Positions 61,323-64,000 of a stretch of DNA of 64,000 nt are shown here, piece after piece. Below the pieces are notes generated by a model that had not been told where the DNA came from, made no database searches, and was given only the letters and a program-made list of their open reading frames with translations. Each line of letters opens with the position of its first letter. Position 1 is the first letter of the stretch. This DNA comes from a phage, in sequence record PZ809289.1; one strand, given 5' to 3'. Made by a program: the position numbers and the translations under genes.

Positions 61323-61480
61323 TTGAATTAATGTTGGTTGTTTTGTATCTTATCATCGGTATTGGTTATGCTAAGACCCTAGCTAAATTAGATGATTCAG
61401 GTGACTTTTGTTGGTGGTTGACGTCTATGATTTGTTGGCCTTTATTTCTGGTTGGTGCTTCATTCTGGAACTTCAAATGA
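61319..61480 (+). CDS. Small membrane protein (53 aa, below ORF-track cut-off)
   Basis: ATGATTGAATTA start; hydrophobic MIELMLVVLYLIIGIGYAK... Confidence 0.35.
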   Translation: MIELMLVVLYLIIGIGYAKTLAKLDDSGDFCWWLTSMICWPLFLVGASFWNFK

Positions 61481-61785
61481 TTGAATTAAACGAACAAACC
61501 ATTTTTCTAGGTGATGGTACCGAAGATGACCTGGAATATAAACTATACGAATATATGGTTTGGTTGGCTAAAGCAGAAGGTATAGACTTTGCTGTAGCCC
61601 ATCCATATGGCGAGAACACTGTTGTAATCGGCGGCACCGCTTACGAAGTCCAATGGCAATACGTTGGCCTTGAATCTGAAGAATTTGAAGAAGATGAACA
61701 CGGTGATTGGCATCCAGTCGGTCCTTGGTACTGGGAACACGGTGAACCTGATTTTGAAGTAAGTAGTTGGTGGTGTGACCGTTAA
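61477..61785 (+). CDS. Acidic hypothetical protein
   Basis: ATG 61477 (MIELNEQTIF...), same first 4 codons as preceding small gene. Confidence 0.4.
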   Translation: MIELNEQTIFLGDGTEDDLEYKLYEYMVWLAKAEGIDFAVAHPYGENTVVIGGTAYEVQWQYVGLESEEFEEDEHGDWHPVGPWYWEHGEPDFEVSSWWCDR

Positions 61786-61892
61786 GCCATGGTATGTCGC
61801 TCGGTGGGATACGATAGAACCTACCGAGCCAGAGGAACCCGTTTACAACGATTCCGAAATAGAGTATAATGAACCTTCAAACAATGATTTAA

Positions 61893-62102
61893 TTGATATG
61901 GAATATGGGTTTTACTATGAAAACTGAACTGATTTATACTGAAAAGTTAAATGGCGGTAAAGTCTGGAAACTTCTTATTAAAGGAAGTCCTACTGATCAG
62001 TTTATGGCCACTTGTGTAGGGTTATACACCCGTCCTACTAAAAAGATGATTCGTCAATTTAAACGGTTGCATCGCTCGTTTTATAGTACATTTGAAAAAT
62101 AA
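61893..62102 (+). CDS. Hypothetical protein
   Basis: 69 aa ORF. Confidence 0.4.
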   Translation: MIWNMGFTMKTELIYTEKLNGGKVWKLLIKGSPTDQFMATCVGLYTRPTKKMIRQFKRLHRSFYSTFEK

Positions 62103-62137
62103 TAAATACCCTTATCTAATAATGGTAAGGGTTTATT

Positions 62138-62611
62138 ATGTTGTTGACCGGCAAATTATACAAAGAAGAAAAACAAAAACTTTATGATGCACAATGTGGT
62201 AAGTGTTTGATTTGTAAACGTGAATTAAACCCTGATGTTCAAAGTAACCACCTTGACCACGACCATGAATTGAACGGGCCAAAAGCCGGTAAGGTTCGTG
62301 GTTTACTATGTAACCTGTGCAATGCTGCAGAAGGACAAATGAAGCATAAGTTCAACCGTTCTGGTCTTAAAGGTCAAAACGTTGACTACCTCGAATGGTT
62401 AGAGAATTTGCTGGTCTATCTGAAAGCTGATTATACTGAAAACAATATTCATCCTAATTTCGTTCCTGATAAAACCAAAGAGTTCAGCAGGTTGGGTAAG
62501 GAAGAAATGATTGCTGAAATGCTTTCACACGGAATGACTTATAATGAATCTGCCACTAAGAAACAAATGGTGGATTCATTCAAAAAACAACTGAGGAAAT
62601 CGCTTAAATGA
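62138..62611 (+). CDS. 49: Endonuclease VII (Holliday junction resolvase) gp49
   Basis: 157 aa; MLLTGKLYKEEKQKLYDAQCGKCLICKRELNPDVQSNHLDHDHELNGPKAGKVRGLLCNLCNAAEG near-identical to T4 Endo VII. Confidence 0.95.
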   Translation: MLLTGKLYKEEKQKLYDAQCGKCLICKRELNPDVQSNHLDHDHELNGPKAGKVRGLLCNLCNAAEGQMKHKFNRSGLKGQNVDYLEWLENLLVYLKADYTENNIHPNFVPDKTKEFSRLGKEEMIAEMLSHGMTYNESATKKQMVDSFKKQLRKSLK

Positions 62612-62720
62612 TTAATTTTTATGGCTACACATTTTATGCTTTAGCCGAATCTCTGAATGATGCGGTGCGTATTATGGGTGTTGAGTATCCTGCTCAATGG
62701 TTATTTGTTGTAACTAACAT

Positions 62721-62948
62721 GTGGGTTCTTTAATGAATAAATTTCGTAATGCTGTTTCTGATATCCTGGCTAATATAACATTGGTTCTGTTTATCGTATG
62801 CCTTTTAATCCTGGCTATTCCGTTTGGATTGCTGTTCATGATTATTGGTGCTCTGAGTACTGAAAAAGGTCTTGAAGGGTCCGAGTTCGACAAACGAATC
62901 CAGGCTGTTCATAGTGTTATTGCAAAAATGATGAAGGTGAAAGAATGA
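62721..62948 (+). CDS. Small membrane protein
   Basis: 75 aa, hydrophobic core. Confidence 0.4.
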   Translation: MGSLMNKFRNAVSDILANITLVLFIVCLLILAIPFGLLFMIIGALSTEKGLEGSEFDKRIQAVHSVIAKMMKVKE

Positions 62949-63241
62949 AACGTTTTGAAGAATATGTAGCTTTGAATTGGACCGCTTGGGACAAGTTTGG
63001 TGATGATTGGTACTTCCATGACTGTGACCTGAACCCTGAATTCTTTAAAGGTAAGGAAGACGACCTCAAGGACATCTATGCTCTGTCAGAGATTCATGGT
63101 ATTAAACCTACTGTCTATTTCTCTTTTGATGATACCGGGTTCCTTATCCAGATTTACGTCCCATACGGAACTAATGAAGACGAAGTTCTAAAAACTTGGG
63201 ACTACCAAGGAGTTATTTCCTGTGGACCAAAAGTTAACTAA
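62945..63241 (+). CDS. Hypothetical protein
   Basis: 98 aa ORF. Confidence 0.4.
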   Translation: MKRFEEYVALNWTAWDKFGDDWYFHDCDLNPEFFKGKEDDLKDIYALSEIHGIKPTVYFSFDDTGFLIQIYVPYGTNEDEVLKTWDYQGVISCGPKVN

Positions 63242-63539
63242 AATTGAGATTTACGGTATCCCTGAGACAGTCATGCGCTGTCCAGGGTGCATTGCTGTTC
63301 TATCGCTCCTAAATTCCCTTTCTATCCCACATACTTTCTATCCTGTGATTAATCAGACGCCGTCAGGCGCAGTATATGACAAGCCTCTTATAGTATCATT
63401 GGCCAAACGTGCAGGCTTCAAGAGCTTAGCGATACGCTATCCTGTCATATTTGTCGATAATAAGAAAATAGAAAATATTCCTGCCTTCAAATCGCTTTTG
63501 ATTGAACTTGGTTATGACCAAGATTTAATTGAAGATTAG
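63222..63539 (+). CDS. Hypothetical protein
   Basis: 105 aa ORF. Confidence 0.4.
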   Translation: MDQKLTKIEIYGIPETVMRCPGCIAVLSLLNSLSIPHTFYPVINQTPSGAVYDKPLIVSLAKRAGFKSLAIRYPVIFVDNKKIENIPAFKSLLIELGYDQDLIED

Positions 63540-63598
63540 TATTTACTTCCTCTCCTCACGTGTTATAGTCTATCCTATCAACACATGAGGAGAACATT

Positions 63599-63781
63599 AT
63601 GACTATCCAAGATAAAGAAATTAAAGCCGACCAGTATTATTCAGTAAATGGCTACCCTGTTCAAGTAACAAAGGTAACAAATCTCGATGTATGGTATCAA
63701 CCTTTGACTCACCCTGATGCTCCATTGATGGTGTGTGACCGTTCTTTATTTTGTTCAGTAGCTAAGGAAATTAAATCATGA
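63599..63781 (+). CDS. Hypothetical protein
   Basis: 60 aa ORF with SD GAGGAGAAC. Confidence 0.4.
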   Translation: MTIQDKEIKADQYYSVNGYPVQVTKVTNLDVWYQPLTHPDAPLMVCDRSLFCSVAKEIKS

Positions 63782-64000
63782 GTCTGAAATTACATTCAAT
63801 GAAAAATATCATTACCCTTAATCTGGATGATGAGCGCCTGATTTTTCTCACCGTCACTGATAAGAATATTGAAATTGCAAATGGTCCTAAGACTTATTGT
63901 TGCCCGGTGAAGAATTGGAAACATGTAACCTTTTTGACCCTGTGCGACCGTCTGAAAGATATTAAGTTAGATTTGGATGTCAAAGATGTCCAATACATTA

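Overview
This window is a T4-like (Tevenvirinae-type) lytic myovirus segment, recognised from my memory of T4 proteins and gene order; no database search was possible. Positions 1-28375 carry the late structural module on the minus strand in T4 order (23, 22, 21, 68, 67, 20, 19, 18, 17, 16, 15, 14, 13, wac, 12, 11, 10, 9, 8, 7, 6, 5.4, 5.1, 5, 53), with TATAAATA late-promoter motifs and one inserted HNH homing-endonuclease gene between genes 19 and 18. From 28421 onward all genes are on the plus strand: 4, 2, 3, 1, 57A, 57B (Acb1-like), a reduced tRNA locus with a segB-like GIY-YIG gene, nudE-e, denV, a second GIY-YIG gene overlapping tk, rI, nrdC and 49 (endonuclease VII). Between these anchors lie hyperplastic stretches of small ORFs driven by repeated early-promoter cassettes (GTTTAC, 17 bp, TACTAT-AGACCTATCAA), many with promoter-embedded inverted repeats. 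The best candidates for undescribed biology are: a tandem array of four small paralogues ending in a C-terminal Cys; seven genes carrying the internal-protein capsid-targeting leader MKTYQEFIAE; a macro-domain gene beside a secreted transglycosylase-like gene; a nucleotidyltransferase-fold gene translationally coupled to a membrane protein, followed after a terminator by an AAA+ ATPase; and a late-promoter membrane-protein cassette bounded by identical terminator repeats. None of these functions can be confirmed from sequence alone.
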